From NCBI GenBank assembly GCA_030704615.1, contig CM060732.1, positions 54,126,001 to 54,190,000 on the forward strand: a stretch of DNA of 64,000 bases, in the 5' to 3' direction. A program made the position numbers and the translations under genes. Shown here in pieces: positions 62,506-64,000 of the stretch. Source of the stretch: Takakia lepidozioides (Eukaryota > Plantae > Bryophyta). The notes beneath the pieces were generated by a model. That model saw only the letters and a program-made list of their open reading frames with translations. It was not told the DNA's origin and ran no database searches. Positions within the stretch are counted from its first letter, which is position 1. Each line of letters begins with the position of its first letter.

Positions 62506-64000
62506 TGTAGTGTGAAAAGAAAGGGCATAAATCCCCTTCTACTAATAATTCTAAATCTGTTCTTCTAGTGTAGCATCCACTTGCTAGTCCAAGACCAACA
62601 CAGAGCTTAAAAAGCCCTATGTATTGTTCATGATCAGAGTTCATGTGTCCTCATCCACGCCGCAGCGGAAGAGAAGACATGGATGGGACTGGGAAGCTTC
62701 TCCATTTTTATCTCTCAGATTATATAGGCAAGGCATGCAATGTCAATAAAATTGTTGTGATGTTACGTGACCCCAACAACACTCTATGTCGGCAAATGCA
62801 TAGCCCGTGAGGCAATTTCACTTCTTGCAATGCTTGTCTGGAACTCCCTTAGATGATCAACCAAAATTTGAGAAGGCATCAAGGATCTACCACAAAGTGC
62901 AGGTCTGATAAGTCATCTACAACTCATGGTTTTCCCTCTTTGTCTCTCAATTGACCATCCTATTCATTACCCATTTTACTGTGCAGCTCTCTCCCTTCCC
63001 AAATTTTTTTTCTCCCCTTTCAGATACAAGTACCCAGCTCTATTATCCAACCTAGATCTATATGCAATGTCGACGCGCCCAGCCAGATATCTAGTGAAAT
63101 CATCTTGAAAATTTAACCTGGAACACACAAGCATCACCACTTCCTACATGAGTCCTTCTCTCATCCCAAACAAACCCCCATTGACCATACAAGCATTCCA
63201 CCTTTGTATTCAGCTTCCAATGCACAGGTTGCCCCAAGCTGAACAATCTTTCTCTAATAATGCAGGTGTACTAAACAGATTGCAGGAAATTAACCTATCA
63301 TCACTCAATTGTGTGTATGTGGCATATGTAACACCCCCTTAACTCTGACAGAATCACAGAAGCATCCCTAATTCATACACTATGATAAAAGACAGCAGGC
63401 CTTGCTGGTTTGTACTCTACTATGCTCAAAATTGCATGTGCAATTGACATGAGAAGCCCAATGCAGCAGTGGGACCAGATTCATGATACTAAAACCAGTA
63501 TATCAAGAGCAAAGAAGCATCACACACTCAGTGACAATGGGAGGGATGCATCTCCCTCTATCAACATTTCAGTAGACCCATGCATCATCTCCCCTTCTCT
63601 CTACATCCTCCTTGGTTTGAAGGGTCAAAGCACACTAATATGACCCAAAAAAAATGTCACAAATTGTTTTCCAGCACAGTCGATCCATATTTAGGATATA
63701 GAGTTCAGTATGAAACCATAGAGACATTATATCATTGGAAAGCCCTTGAAGTTCTTGTCATGCATATATAATTTTTTTTGTGATTTGACAAGTTTAAGGG
63801 GTCTTAAAAGAGTCTTGAATAACACAAGGTTCAAATGTCCCAAAATGTTATAGTCTTTTATGACTCATTTTCACACCCATAACATGTGAAGGTCCTATTA
63901 GGGATTTTCATGTGTTTATGTAAGGTATAGAAGACAGTAGACCTGCAAACCAGAAAAACCCATTATCATAGGAATTTTCTACTACGCGGTATGCATAACT

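Noticed and set aside
62500-64000. Short ORFs at the window end
   Set aside because: No homology-like motifs; ordinary intergenic or intronic sequence.

Overview
Eukaryotic, intron-rich land-plant DNA, probably a non-seed plant (inference from the gene sequences and transposon types). Host genes: a 17-coding-exon SPINDLY gene (TPR protein O-fucosyltransferase, ~18.0-29.5 kb, +), a 3-exon CCDC174/At4g18257-like gene (40.8-42.8 kb, +) and an intronless FRG1-like small gene with a 1-bp frameshift (31.0-31.3 kb, -). The rest is mostly nested transposon debris: APE-type LINEs of two families, two RLE/CRE-type non-LTR copies, a Copia fragment split by a hAT element, a Helitron fragment split by a MULE-like element, and two TTAA-flanked piggyBac-like MITEs. 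The standout is a 10.2-kb Ty3/gypsy-type retrotransposon (51303-61483, -). Its pol carries a DNMT3-like C5 cytosine methyltransferase between protease and RT, and a PHD finger after a DDE integrase. Its terminal repeats are circularly permuted (X...Y-X-Y split direct repeats) with a 4-bp TSD, as expected if a 2-LTR circle was cut and integrated at a palindrome inside the LTR. It also has a self-complementary (Tf1-like) primer-binding site instead of a tRNA PBS. Coordinates were read by eye; exon edges and the edges of decayed elements are approximate.
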